Notes under the pieces: generated by a model
Seen by the model: only the letters and a program-made list of their open reading frames with translations
Database searches by the model: none
What the model was told of the DNA's origin: nothing
Shown here: positions 30,015 to 40,279 of the stretch, in pieces
Numbering within the stretch: the stretch's first letter is position 1
How the letters are laid out: each line of letters begins with the position of its first letter
Position numbers and translations under genes: made by a program
Source of the DNA: Candidatus Latescibacterota bacterium
GTDB taxonomy: Bacteria > Latescibacterota > UBA2968 > UBA8231
Reading direction: 5' to 3'
DNA: 64,000 bases
Assembly (NCBI GenBank): GCA_965215195.1
Contig: CBDCDC010000002.1
Coordinates: 224,001 to 288,000, forward strand

Positions 30015-30704
30015 ATGGAGCGAAAACTTGACCACCAATTAGACGCGCTCAAACAGGACTTATTAAAGATGGGCGGGGCCGTTGAGGAGTCCATTGAGCA
30101 GGCCGTGTGCGCCCTCGTGGACCGCGACGACGCGCTGGTGCAGAAGGTGATCGCCAGCGGCAAGAAGATCGACGATTGGGAAATTGGCATTGAGGAGACT
30201 TGCCTGAAGATATTTGCCACCCAAGGGCCGATGGCCAGCGATTTGCGCCTGTTGGCCTGCACCCTGAAAATCAACGAAGATCTAGAGAGAATCAACGACC
30301 AAGCCGTCAACATTGCCCAGCGCGCCGAGGTGCTCAATAAGCTGCCGCTCCTCAAGCCGCTGATCGACATACCGCGGATGTCCGAATTGGCGCAGGGCAT
30401 GGTCAAGGACGCCCTCGATGCGTTCGTGCGCCGCGATGTGGAGCTGGCCCGCGCCGTGGGTCAGCGCGACGAAGAGCTCGACCTGTTGCGCGACCAGATT
30501 TTTCGCGAACTGCTCACCTACATGCACGCGCCGTCAATTGGGCCGGACACCATCGAGCGCGGTATCTACTTGATTTTAGTGTCGCGGCACCTCGAAAGGA
30601 TTGGCGATCACGCCTCCAACATCGCCGAGAACGTGGTATTCCTCGTGGAGGGGCGCATCGTGCGGCACCAAAAAGAAGAGTGGTGGGAGGAAAACGACTC
30701 GTGA
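30015..30704 (+). CDS. phoU: Phosphate signalling complex protein PhoU
   Basis: PMASDLR, DLERINDQAVNIA and RHLERIGDHASNIAE. Confidence 0.95.
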   Translation: MERKLDHQLDALKQDLLKMGGAVEESIEQAVCALVDRDDALVQKVIASGKKIDDWEIGIEETCLKIFATQGPMASDLRLLACTLKINEDLERINDQAVNIAQRAEVLNKLPLLKPLIDIPRMSELAQGMVKDALDAFVRRDVELARAVGQRDEELDLLRDQIFRELLTYMHAPSIGPDTIERGIYLILVSRHLERIGDHASNIAENVVFLVEGRIVRHQKEEWWEENDS

Positions 30705-31393
30705 GCGACAAAATTCTGGTTGTAGAAGACGAGCCCGACATCCTCGCCTTGGTCTCGTATCATCTAGAACAATCCGGTTTTGCGGTCGTGCCGGCCGAGG
30801 ACGAAGAGCAGGCCCTAAGCGTGCTGGAGCAGAATAGGATCGGCCTCGTGGTCTTGGATCTGATGCTGCCGGGCATCGGTGGCTTAGAAGTCTGCCGCCT
30901 CCTCAAGCAAAACCCCTGCACGAAGGACATACCCGTCTTGATGCTGACAGCGCGCGCCGCAGAGATTGACCGCATTGTCGGCTTGGAATTGGGGGCGGAC
31001 GATTACTTGGTCAAGCCCTTTTCCCCGCGCGAGCTGGTCTTGCGCATCCGCGCCATCTTGCGCCGCGTCGAGGGTTGTGGCAAAGCGGAAGCCGCGCAGA
31101 TCGTGGCTGGCCCCTTGGCCATTGATCCGGTGGGATGTCAGGTGCAGCTCGACCGCGACCCCATTGAGCTGACCGCGACCGAGTTCAAGCTCTTGACGAC
31201 CCTTGCACAGCGGCGCGGGCGGGTGCAGTCGCGGGAGGAGTTGCTCAAGGTGGTGTGGGGCTACGAGTACATTGGCTACCACCGCACGGTTGACACGCAC
31301 ATCCGTCGCCTGCGGGAAAAACTCGGGGCGGCCGCCGAGATGGTCGAAACCGTGCGCGGTATGGGCTATCGCTTTCGCCGGGAGGGGGGATAG
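30701..31393 (+). CDS. phoB: OmpR-family response regulator PhoB
   Basis: ILVVEDE, LDLMLPG, GADDYLVKPF, RTVDTHIRRLR and TVRGMGY; operon context. Confidence 0.9.
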   Translation: MSDKILVVEDEPDILALVSYHLEQSGFAVVPAEDEEQALSVLEQNRIGLVVLDLMLPGIGGLEVCRLLKQNPCTKDIPVLMLTARAAEIDRIVGLELGADDYLVKPFSPRELVLRIRAILRRVEGCGKAEAAQIVAGPLAIDPVGCQVQLDRDPIELTATEFKLLTTLAQRRGRVQSREELLKVVWGYEYIGYHRTVDTHIRRLREKLGAAAEMVETVRGMGYRFRREGG

Positions 31394-31394
31394 G

Positions 31395-32726
31395 GTGCGC
31401 CTCGGGTGGATGTTGCTTCTGAGCAACGCGCTCTTGGCTGTGCTCGCGTGGTGGAGCACTCACATCGCGCTCGCGCTCGTGCTGGCCGCGCTTTGGGCTG
31501 GGGGCCAAGTCTGGTTCTGGGGCCGGGCTGCCCGCCGGCAGGGCGAGCGCTTGCGCCAGCTCGACCAAGCAGCCCTCGACGATCCAGCTTGGGTGTTTCA
31601 TCCCGAGCTGGCGCAAGCCCTAGAGGACCTCGCGGATCGCAGGCAACAGCGCATCCATCGCCTAGAGAGCGAAAATAACCGCTTAGAGGTCATCCTCGAA
31701 AGCATTACCGAGGCCATCTTGGTCGTCGATTGCACTGGCCGGGTGGTGCTGGCCAACAAGGCGCTGGCCAACCTGTTCGGCTTAGATCCGCCGTTAGATG
31801 GGCTGTTGATCGCCGAGGTCGTGCGTTGCGCGGCCATCCAAGACGCGCTGACCGGGTGTTTGGCCGAAGGGCGGGGCCGAGCCATGGAGGTGGAGCTGAG
31901 CGGTGCCCTGCGGCTGAGCTCAGGTCGAAGCCCGGAGCGCCATTTGGACGTGCAGGTCGCGCCGGTCTTCGAAGGGAACGAGTGCATCGGCGCGGTGGTG
32001 GTCCTCTACGACATTACGCGCTTGCGCCAACTAGAGCGGATGCGTCGCGATTTTGTGGCCAACGTATCGCACGAATTGCGTACGCCGTTGACAGCCATTA
32101 AGGGCTATGCCGAAATTTTGTCTGACGGTGCGCTCGACGACCGGGCGACGGCGCGCCGCTTCACCGGCATCATCGAGAATCACGCCGATCGCCTGACCCA
32201 TTTGCTCGGCGACTTGCTCGACCTGTCGCGGCTGGAGTCCGATCAATTGGAGGCCGACATGGTCCCTTGCGCACTAAAGCCCTTGATCGATACGTCCATT
32301 GGCTCAGTCAGCCAAGCGGCCGCGCAAAAGCAAATCGCCATCCACTGCCACGTTCCGCCGTCTGTCAAGGTAATCTGCGACCCCAAATTGATCGAACAAG
32401 CCTTCATCAATCTGCTCGACAACGCCGTCAAGTACACGCCCGCGGGCGGGAAAGTCCGCGTTGGTACGCGGCCCGTAGAGGGCGCCGAGCGCTTGGCGAT
32501 TTACGTTGAAGACACCGGCATTGGCATTCCCTCCGAGGACTTGGGCCGGATTTTCGAGCGCTTCTACCGAGTTGACAAGGGGCGCTCGCGCGCCCTCGGT
32601 GGCACTGGACTCGGGTTGGCCATCGTGCGCCACATTGCCGAGGTCCACGGCGAGCAGGTGAGGGTGCAGAGCAAGTTAGGGGCGGGGACGACCTTCAGCT
32701 TTGAATTGCCGAGCCGCTTTGGCTAA
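31395..32726 (+). CDS. phoR: PAS-containing sensor histidine kinase PhoR
   Basis: RRDFVANVSHELRTPLT, NLLDNAVKY, FERFYRVDKGRSR and GGTGLGLAIV. Confidence 0.92.
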   Translation: MRLGWMLLLSNALLAVLAWWSTHIALALVLAALWAGGQVWFWGRAARRQGERLRQLDQAALDDPAWVFHPELAQALEDLADRRQQRIHRLESENNRLEVILESITEAILVVDCTGRVVLANKALANLFGLDPPLDGLLIAEVVRCAAIQDALTGCLAEGRGRAMEVELSGALRLSSGRSPERHLDVQVAPVFEGNECIGAVVVLYDITRLRQLERMRRDFVANVSHELRTPLTAIKGYAEILSDGALDDRATARRFTGIIENHADRLTHLLGDLLDLSRLESDQLEADMVPCALKPLIDTSIGSVSQAAAQKQIAIHCHVPPSVKVICDPKLIEQAFINLLDNAVKYTPAGGKVRVGTRPVEGAERLAIYVEDTGIGIPSEDLGRIFERFYRVDKGRSRALGGTGLGLAIVRHIAEVHGEQVRVQSKLGAGTTFSFELPSRFG

Positions 32727-33087
32727 GGCCGCGCTATGGTGCTGGGCGTTGGCGGCCTTAGTGGCTGGCTGCGCCGGCGAGGGCGACGAGGGCGCGGTGG
32801 CACAGGGCAAGGCCCTGTTTACCCGCAATGGGTGCGCGGTGTGCCACGGCCCGGATGGGCGCGGCGATGGCCAAGTAGCGGCGACGCTCAAGCCGCCCCC
32901 CCGCGATTTCCGCGATCCCGCAGCCTTCAAAAACGGCCACAGCAAGGCCGCCATCGCCCGCACGATTGAGAAGGGAATGCCCGGTACTTCCATGCCGGGC
33001 TATCGACATCTCTCGGCCGAAGAACGCGAGCAGATTGCCGCTTATATCCGCTCTTTGCTAAAGAAAGAACATGAAGACACGCCTTAG
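32701..33087 (+). CDS. c-type cytochrome lipoprotein (monoheme)
   Basis: Lipobox LVAGC; CAVCH; PPPRDF; GMPGTSMP. Confidence 0.85.
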   Translation: MNCRAALAKAALWCWALAALVAGCAGEGDEGAVAQGKALFTRNGCAVCHGPDGRGDGQVAATLKPPPRDFRDPAAFKNGHSKAAIARTIEKGMPGTSMPGYRHLSAEEREQIAAYIRSLLKKEHEDTP

Positions 33088-34165
33088 TTCGATACTCACA
33101 TTCGCGCTCGTCCTGTTGTTTTTTGCCGCTCCCAGCACCGTCCGTGCCCACAAGCTCAATACCAGTTACGCGAATTTGATCGCCGAGGACGCCGCGCTCA
33201 ACGTGCGCGTGCGCATGGACGATTTCGACCTTTTGAAAATTGGCATCGATCAAGACGGGGACGGCCAGTTGTTCTACGAAGAGATGGTGGCCGGCCTCGA
33301 CGACATATTCGCCTTTGTCGAAGGGCAGATGCGCCTGAAGGCCAATGGCCAGCCGCTCACCCTCGTGCGCGGTAGCGGGGACATAACCCCGGACAACAAG
33401 GGGAACATGTTTGCCAACCTGTACTTCAGCGCCGAGTTGGAGGATCCGGTTGGCGAGTTAGAGGTGTGGATCGGCTGGCCAGAGCACTTTGGGGACGCGC
33501 ACAAAAATTTGGCCAAAATCGCGTTGCCCGGGCAGCCGCTCGTCCAAGCCGTGTTTTCGGCGGAGTCGCCTCAGCAGACCTTTGCCGGGCAGAAATCGCT
33601 GTGGGAACACATATACGAGTTCACGGTCCTCGGGGTGGAGCACATTTTTCTCGGCTACGACCACGTCATGTTTTTGCTGGCGCTGATCGTGGTGGGCGGT
33701 CGGCTGCTCAGCTTGGTCAAGATCGTCACGGCCTTCACCATTGCCCACAGCATCACTCTCTGCTTGGCGGCCCTCGAAGTCGTCCGTCTGCCGAGCCAGT
33801 GGATTGAGGCGGGCATTGCCTTGAGCATCGTGTACGTGGCGGTGGAGAATTTCTGGCTCAAGCGCACGGATTACCGCTGGGTGATCACCTTTGCCTTTGG
33901 GCTGGTCCACGGGTTTGGCTTTGCCAATGTGCTGCGCGAGTTGGGGCTGCCCACGCGCGGGTTGGTCGCCTCGCTGTTTGCGTTCAACGCCGGCGTGGAA
34001 ATCGGCCAAGTAGCTATTGTCGCGCTCGTCTTTCCCTTGATCGCGTGGCTCGGCCGGCGGCCCTATCAGCGCACGGTCGTCTGGGTGGTGTCGGCCGTCA
34101 TTGGGCTTTTTGGGCTGGGCTGGTTTGTCGAGCGGGTCTTTGAGCTGGAATACATGCCGCTGTGA
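33071..34165 (+). CDS. HupE/UreJ family membrane protein with N-terminal periplasmic domain
   Basis: LGVEHIFLGYDH, TAFTIAHSITL, FGLVHGFGFA and FNAGVEIGQ. Confidence 0.92.
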   Translation: MKTRLSSILTFALVLLFFAAPSTVRAHKLNTSYANLIAEDAALNVRVRMDDFDLLKIGIDQDGDGQLFYEEMVAGLDDIFAFVEGQMRLKANGQPLTLVRGSGDITPDNKGNMFANLYFSAELEDPVGELEVWIGWPEHFGDAHKNLAKIALPGQPLVQAVFSAESPQQTFAGQKSLWEHIYEFTVLGVEHIFLGYDHVMFLLALIVVGGRLLSLVKIVTAFTIAHSITLCLAALEVVRLPSQWIEAGIALSIVYVAVENFWLKRTDYRWVITFAFGLVHGFGFANVLRELGLPTRGLVASLFAFNAGVEIGQVAIVALVFPLIAWLGRRPYQRTVVWVVSAVIGLFGLGWFVERVFELEYMPL

Positions 34166-34233
34166 GCGGGAGCGGCGATGGATAATTTCGCTACGGATCT
34201 GACCTTTTTCCCGCCGTTTGATTGAGCCGACCC

Positions 34234-35313
34234 CTAGTCCGCTAATTCGCTGCCTCGGCGGTTGGCCATGGAGCGCGGCGTCAGGTCGAAGAGGGTCTCG
34301 TGCCCGTGGAAGAAGCGGTCGAATTCATCGACCATGAGCGCGAAAAAGCGCGGGTAGCTCTGCTCGGTCACGCCGGCGATGTGGGGGGTGACAAAGACGT
34401 TTTCCAAGTGGAGAATCTCCTTGTCGCCGTAGGCATTGGCCTCGCCCACATCCGGGTCGAACACGTCTAGAGCGGCGGCGATATCGCCTCGCTTGAGCCG
34501 CCTCACCAGCGCATCCGAATCAACCACTTTACCCCGCGACACATTGACGAACACCGCGCCCGGCCGGATCAGGTCCAGCGCTCGTTGCCCAATCATGCGC
34601 TCGGTGCGCGGAGTGTGTGGAGCTAGGCAGACGATGGCGTCGCACTGAGACATCACGTTGTCCAACGAGGTTTTGAGGAAGCCGACCGCGTCTGCCATCT
34701 CCCGCGCCAGATAGGGATCGCACACCCACACTTCGGTTTGGAAGGGGCGCAAAAACTGGATGAGCCGCCGGCCAATGTGGCCGCAGCCGATCAGGCCGAC
34801 GCGCTTGCCAGTCAGATCGCCGTGGATAAAGCCAAAGTCGCTGTGTGGACGGGGGCGCACGTCGCCGGCGATGAGGCGGCGGAATTGGGCCCCGGCGTTG
34901 CGCAGGGCGATGATGATGAGCGCCAAGGCCCACTCGGCCACTGGATACGACGAGCCGTTGGTCGTATCGACCGTGCAGACGCCCCGCGCCCAAGCGGCCT
35001 CCACGTCGATGCGGCTGGCAAAGCGGTCGCCTTCTAGCTCGCCGATGATCTTTAGTGCGGGGGCTTGCTCCAAGATCGCGGCGTCGACCGTGGGGCAGCC
35101 GTGGCAGATCACTAGCCCGTCGCAACCACTCAGCCGCTCGCCCAGCACCCGGGCGATCTCGGGATCTGCGTTGGTGTCGTAGATGCCGCCGCCTTCGCAT
35201 TCAAACCAATCCCAGTCGGCGAAGACTTCGAGGCGTGCGAAATCGGTCGCGGCGAGGTACTGCTCGCGCACGTGCTTGTTGCAGGCAATGAGTATTTGGG
35301 GGCGTGAGTCCAT
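34234..35313 (-). CDS. D-isomer-specific 2-hydroxyacid dehydrogenase family protein
   Basis: VAEWAL, GLIGCGHIG, FVNVSRG, AALDVFDP and VTPHIAG. Confidence 0.9.
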   Translation of the reverse strand: MDSRPQILIACNKHVREQYLAATDFARLEVFADWDWFECEGGGIYDTNADPEIARVLGERLSGCDGLVICHGCPTVDAAILEQAPALKIIGELEGDRFASRIDVEAAWARGVCTVDTTNGSSYPVAEWALALIIIALRNAGAQFRRLIAGDVRPRPHSDFGFIHGDLTGKRVGLIGCGHIGRRLIQFLRPFQTEVWVCDPYLAREMADAVGFLKTSLDNVMSQCDAIVCLAPHTPRTERMIGQRALDLIRPGAVFVNVSRGKVVDSDALVRRLKRGDIAAALDVFDPDVGEANAYGDKEILHLENVFVTPHIAGVTEQSYPRFFALMVDEFDRFFHGHETLFDLTPRSMANRRGSELAD

Positions 35314-35380
35314 GGGGTTGTTTCCGGCTGATGGGTTTGGAAAGGTCCGCTTGCGGAAAGCAGGCGCACATTTAGCTAAA

Positions 35381-35572
35381 TTATCTGCCGATTTGCGGTA
35401 TAGAGAGTGCTTTGCAAATCTTCTTGGCGAGATGATTGGGGATCTCTACGTGACGAGGCACTGCTTCAACGGCACCAGTAGCAGGGTTGCACCATAGTGA
35501 GTGCGCCGACCCCTCTCGTTTGAGATAGCAGCCGTGCCGTCTGAGATGCCGCAGGACATCTCCTCTCTTCAC
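35381..35572 (-). CDS. hicA: HicA family toxin
   Basis: 63 aa basic protein: MKR...GC.LKREGSAHSLW.NP...VPRH.EI. Confidence 0.9.
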   Translation of the reverse strand: MKRGDVLRHLRRHGCYLKREGSAHSLWCNPATGAVEAVPRHVEIPNHLAKKICKALSIPQIGR

Positions 35573-35784
35573 CGGACAACCACAATATCTTGTTCGGCGT
35601 CATCGGGAAGACCGCGCAACGCATCTTCTAGACGATCGCGAAGGATGAGTTCGATCGCGCTCGCCAGACTTTCTCGAGCCTCCTGCTTGGTGCGACCTTG
35701 GCCGTTGGCCCCCGGTACTTCTGGACAATATGCGATGTGCCATTCGCCATCTCGTTCAAAAATTGCCGTGTAGGTATTGCTCAC
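35569..35784 (-). CDS. hicB: HicB family antitoxin (short, no DNA-binding domain)
   Basis: YTAIFE, AYCPEVPGANGQGRT.QEA.ESLASAI; 4-bp overlap with hicA. Confidence 0.9.
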   Translation of the reverse strand: MSNTYTAIFERDGEWHIAYCPEVPGANGQGRTKQEARESLASAIELILRDRLEDALRGLPDDAEQDIVVVR

Positions 35785-35988
35785 TGTTTGAACCTTTCGC
35801 GACGTCCCAATGCGCCGAGACGTGTAATAAGAATAAAAAGTTTAACGGCAGTGGGGCAAGTAAATTGCGGGCATCCCAACGCTCGCAGGCGGTCAGATAT
35901 CCCCGATTTATTCTTGTAAAATCACCGTTTAGTGGTGAATATACAAGGTTAGTCTATCTCCGACATTGAAAAGAGCATCGCGGCCGAA

Positions 35989-38652
35989 ATGAAGATGACT
36001 GAACGGCAGATCGCTCGCCCGCGCGCCGTGCGCCTCGCTGGTGCAGCCCTGCTGCTCGGTGGCTTGGCCTTCAATCCGCTGGCCCTCGCTCATTTTTCCC
36101 CGGGGCATCCGCTTGGCACTGAGGGTATCATCGCCCTGCAGATCGCCTTGATCTTTGGCGGCGGTTGGCTCGTTTGGCGATGCCCCCGGCTGCCGCTGGT
36201 TCCCATTGTGCTCGTCGCCCTCGCCTTTGGCGCACTTGCCGCCCTCGGGGGGTACGGTACGGCCCGCTCCCTGCAAAAGGTGCGGGAACGCAACCGGCTT
36301 TTGGCGACTATCGACCGCAGCGAAGCGGTGCAGCAGCACCTGAGCGGTGAAGCCCTGCCGCTCCTCGCCTTGGGGATGTACCAAGGCCAACTGCCCGCTG
36401 CGCCGGCGCGTGCGCTTTTTGATTCTATGGTCGCTGTCGCGGATGTGGCACAGGCCGCAGAGGCGACCGAAATCGTCCCGGCGTTGGGCATTAAGCGCCA
36501 GCGCTGGAGCATTGCACCGGCCGCGCAATTCCACCGCTCCGATATCCAGCTGTGGGGCCCGCTCTGGGCCGCGGTGCATTCTTGCGACTATGCGGCCTTC
36601 CACCTTGAGACTGGGCATTTCCTCGACGCGGAGGAGGCGATCTACCAAGCCCGCTTGCGCTTCAACGCCTTGGCGCAGACAAAAGACGGGGAGCGCACGC
36701 AAATTCGGGCTTGGCTGGCGCTCGAATGGCAGCGGCAGGAAGATGGCAGTTGGCGAATCCAGCGCTGGGAGACCGAATCGCTGGAGATGCTCACGCGGGC
36801 GCACGCGCTCTTTGCCGAAGTCCTCGACGAGGCGCTTCCGCGAGACGAGGACCGCGCCCGGGCCAGATTTTCGCGCCACACCGAACTGGTGCGCCAGTCG
36901 TTTTTCGACTCCGCGTTTGTCGCGCCGCACCGCTATTTTACCCGCCAGGCCTTTGACCGCCATCCCGGCATCAGCGTCGTGGATATCGACGCCGATGGGT
37001 ACGACGATCTGTACATTGCCGTGCGCCGAGGTCGGAACATGCTGTTGCGCAATGGCGGCGATGGCGCGTTCACCGAGTGTGCAGCCCGCTATGGCCTCGA
37101 TGTGGAGCACCACACTGCGGCGGCGCTCTTCGCCGACTTTGACAACGATGGCGACCCAGATGTCTTCCTCGGCCGTACGCTCGCGCCCAGTCTCTACTTG
37201 GTCAACGAGGACGGGCACTTTGCCCCCCGCGACTTAGGCGATGGCGTCTTGCCGTTCCTCGTGGCCTCGATCTCGGCGGCCGACTACGACCGCGATGGCC
37301 TGCTTGACGCGTACTTTTCCACGTATGCCGCGCGGATGTTGCTTGATGCGGTCACTACCGCGTCTGGCGCAGGTGCGCTGTTGGCCGACTTCCTGCCTGC
37401 GGACCGCGCCCGTGCGCTCTACGACCTGAGCCGCGCCCGCATCGGCCACCTCATCCACGACGCGCCCGGGCCGCCCAACGTGCTGCTGCGCAACCTCGGC
37501 AACGGCCGCTTCGCATCCACTGCGGCCGTGTGGCGCAACACCTTACAGGCGACTTGGGCCGACTACGACCGCGACGGCGACCCGGATCTCTACCTCGCCA
37601 ACGACTTTGCCGCCAATAGCTTGCTCCGCAATGACGGCCGTGCTCTCGTCGATGTCACCGCGGAGAGCGGGGCCGCAGACCCGGGCTTTGGCATGGGTGC
37701 GAGCTGGGCCGATTACGACGGGGATGGCCGCCAAGACCTGTACGTGACCAACATGCACAGCAGTGCTGGTCGCCGGATCACGGCAGCCGCCGGGCGGGCG
37801 GGCGCGGCGTTTGCCCCGTTGGCCCGGGGCAACTCCCTTTTGCGGAACGGCCGCGCGGGCTTCACCCTCGTTGCGGATTCGCCGGTGGAGGACGGCGGCT
37901 GGGGCTGGGGCGGCCAGTTTTTGGACTTTGACAACGATGGCGATCTCGACATCTACGCTCTGAGTGGGTATTACACCCCGCCGTCCGCAGTCGCTCTCCC
38001 CGAGGATACCTGAAGCCTGTTTTGGCGCACGGTCGTGCGCCATGGCCGGACCGATGGAGCGTACAACGTGGGTGCGCGGCTCGACGCTGGAGCCTCGCTC
38101 AGCGGCTACCAGCGCAACCGCCTCTTTCTCAATGTAGAAGGCCGCGACTTCATCGACGTGTCGGGCCTGTCGGCCGTGGATTCGCCGGCCGATGGCCGCG
38201 CCTTTGCCACCTTGGACTTCGACCGCGATGGTCGCCTCGACTTGGCTGTCGTCAATGCCAACGAGCCGCTCTGCGAGCTGTTTGCCAACCGCAGCCAAGC
38301 GGGCCACATCCTCGCGTTGCGCTTTGTGGGGGGCAATGACCGCGACGAGGTCTCGCACGAATGGAGTACACGCGATGGCTATGGAGTGCAAGTGGAAGTG
38401 GATGTCGGCGGGAGGACGCTGCTGCGCGAGCAGCGGGCTGGCGAGGGCTTCTCGGCCCAGAACAGCGCGACCCTGATCGTCGGCTTGGGGGCGCACCCAT
38501 GCGCGGATGCCGTGCGTGTGCGCTGGCCTTCGGGACGCACCCAGCGCGCAACCGACGTGGCGGCCGGTTCGCTGTTGACCGCGTACGAAAATCCTCGACA
38601 CTCGCCGACGGGTGGGGCGTTTGTGGTGGTGCCGTACCGCGATACGCCGTGA
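35989..38652 (+). CDS. Membrane-anchored FG-GAP repeat plus ASPIC/UnbV protein with in-frame TGA at 38011-38013 (candidate selenocysteine); otherwise two ORFs, 35989-38013 and 38035-38652
   Basis: Both ORFs are in the same frame, separated by one TGA (PEDT*SLFWRTVV); DxDxDGxxD repeats on both sides; ASPIC motifs AGEGFSAQN and VRWPSG; hairpin after the TGA. Confidence 0.75.
38014..38047 (+). other. Bacterial SECIS-like hairpin
   Basis: Stem tggcgcac (38023-38030) / gtgcgcca (38035-38042), loop ggtc starting with G after a 17-nt gap from the UGA; lower pairing gcc/ggc. Confidence 0.65.
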
Positions 38653-38680
38653 GGGAAAGGGGCCTGATTAGGAGGTAATT

Positions 38681-38989
38681 ATGTTCAAGGAATTAGACGC
38701 TATCGTGCTTACAACCGAAATTCCGTTCGCTCATATCTGGGATGTCCCACCCGGCAGCTTGCTGCTTGAAAACAGCAAACTAGGGAAAGGGCTGAAAGCC
38801 GGCGATGTCGGCACGATTGTGTATATACAGGGTAACGGAGAGGCATTCGAGGTGGAGTTTCTGGAATCCGATGGAAGCACGGTCGCTATTGCCACGGTCT
38901 TGCCATCACAGGCTCGCCTAGCCACTGAAGAGGACCGCGCCAACTTTCGCTTCGGGAAGAAGGCACCCGCACATATCTCTGCCTCATAG
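38681..38989 (+). CDS. DUF4926 domain protein
   Basis: GLKAGDVGTIV...AFEVEF...G.TVAIAT; aggagg RBS. Confidence 0.85.
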   Translation: MFKELDAIVLTTEIPFAHIWDVPPGSLLLENSKLGKGLKAGDVGTIVYIQGNGEAFEVEFLESDGSTVAIATVLPSQARLATEEDRANFRFGKKAPAHISAS

Positions 38990-39432
38990 ACAACAAGAAG
39001 CACCGCACGGCCGACCTGCTCAATGGGATTTTGGCAGGGCATGACGGCAAATCATTGGACATCGCCACCGCCTATTTCAACGTCCGCGGCTTCGCGCTGT
39101 TCCAAGAAGGCTTGCAAGGACTTGGTAGTTTTCGCCTGCTGCTCGGCGACGAACCCAAGGATGGCGAGTCAGTGGGGCTGCGTCCCCAAGCTGCGCTTCG
39201 GTTGATCCATGAACTGAACGACGCTCCCTTTGACGAAGCTACCCTCCGAGCCGTTGAAGACCTCATCGCCTTTTTGCGCCGCGACTTAGTAGAGGTGCGT
39301 GCCTATCAGCACGGATTCCTTCACGCCAAGACCTACCTCTTCTACGGCGACCTGCCCGTAGGCGGCGCCGATCGCTTTCAGCCTCTCGCGGCGATCGTCG
39401 GCTCCAGCAACTTTGGCGCAACCCGAGAGTAA
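38986..39432 (+). pseudogene. Truncated N-terminal PLD-like nuclease domain of an SNF2-type helicase
   Basis: IDNKKH...LDIATAYFN...FRLLLG...FLHAKTYLFY...AIVGSSNF then stop; no clear start and no helicase domain. Confidence 0.75.
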
Positions 39433-39499
39433 GAACGGTTTGGCAGGTGGACATAGGGAGCAACAGCCCTAGGCTCATCACAGCACACCCGCACGGAGG

Positions 39500-39739
39500 A
39501 TGAAGATGTTCAAAGAACATGAACGTATCGTACTTATAACCGATATTTTGGAGGAGGGGTTGGTAGCTGGCGATGTCGGCACGATTGTGCATATCCATCC
39601 AAGGGGAGAAGCCTTTGTGGTGGAGTTCATGACGCTTGACGGCAATACGATTGCCATTGCAACGGTGCTACCGTCGCAGGCCCGCCTAGTAACCGACCAA
39701 GATATTACCCACGCTCGCACGATGACGATGACAGATTGA
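39500..39739 (+). CDS. DUF4926 domain protein
   Basis: KEHERIVL..D...GLVAGDVGTIVH...AFVVEF.TLDG.TIAIAT. Confidence 0.88.
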   Translation: MKMFKEHERIVLITDILEEGLVAGDVGTIVHIHPRGEAFVVEFMTLDGNTIAIATVLPSQARLVTDQDITHARTMTMTD

Positions 39740-39942
39740 TCACTATCGGCGCAGCATTACTATGCAGCAGGATCCCCACATAGCAGCCGACCCCCAATGC
39801 AGGGCGATGAAAACCGCCAACGCCGCGCCAAAAACCGACATCAGTAAGTCCCTTTTTGGGGTGCATTAAGGCCGCAATTTACGCCGCCTAGAGGCTCTAC
39901 CAAGGTGGGGATCTCGGCGTCCTTTGCCCCATTTGTCGCCGG

Positions 39943-40266
39943 CTAATCGAGGTGAAAGATCTCTTCGAGCTCGATCAACACGTCAGCCGGGCTTCCCCCT
40001 GCCGGTATATCGACCAAGTCGCCGCAGGCTTCCCCCCAACGCTGGGTGGCCTCTTCCGCGAGAAAGCCATCGAGGGCCGTGGCAAAATCCGCCTCGGTCT
40101 CAAAGTAGCCGAAGACGAGTCCGTCTGCGTTTATAAAGAGCGAGTAGCGATGCCAGCCGTGGCGCGTGAGGGCCGCGCAGACATCGGGCCACACGTTGCG
40201 GTGAGCTTCCTTGTACTCGGCGATCCGATCCTTTTTGACCTGCATTTGAAAACCAACTCGTCGCAT
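39943..40266 (-). CDS. rhaM: L-rhamnose mutarotase family protein
   Basis: MRRVGF, EYKEAHRNVWP, YSLF, FGYFE and LEEIFHLD. Confidence 0.85.
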   Translation of the reverse strand: MRRVGFQMQVKKDRIAEYKEAHRNVWPDVCAALTRHGWHRYSLFINADGLVFGYFETEADFATALDGFLAEEATQRWGEACGDLVDIPAGGSPADVLIELEEIFHLD

Positions 40267-40279
40267 GGGCTCAAGCTCC

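Noticed and set aside
34234-35313. Possible phosphite dehydrogenase (ptxD) given the nearby Pho operon
   Set aside because: Only generic D-2-hydroxyacid dehydrogenase motifs; convergent to the operon; no ptxABC or Pho box seen
39800-39925. Possible decayed gene fragment after the second DUF4926 gene
   Set aside because: Too short and interrupted to assign
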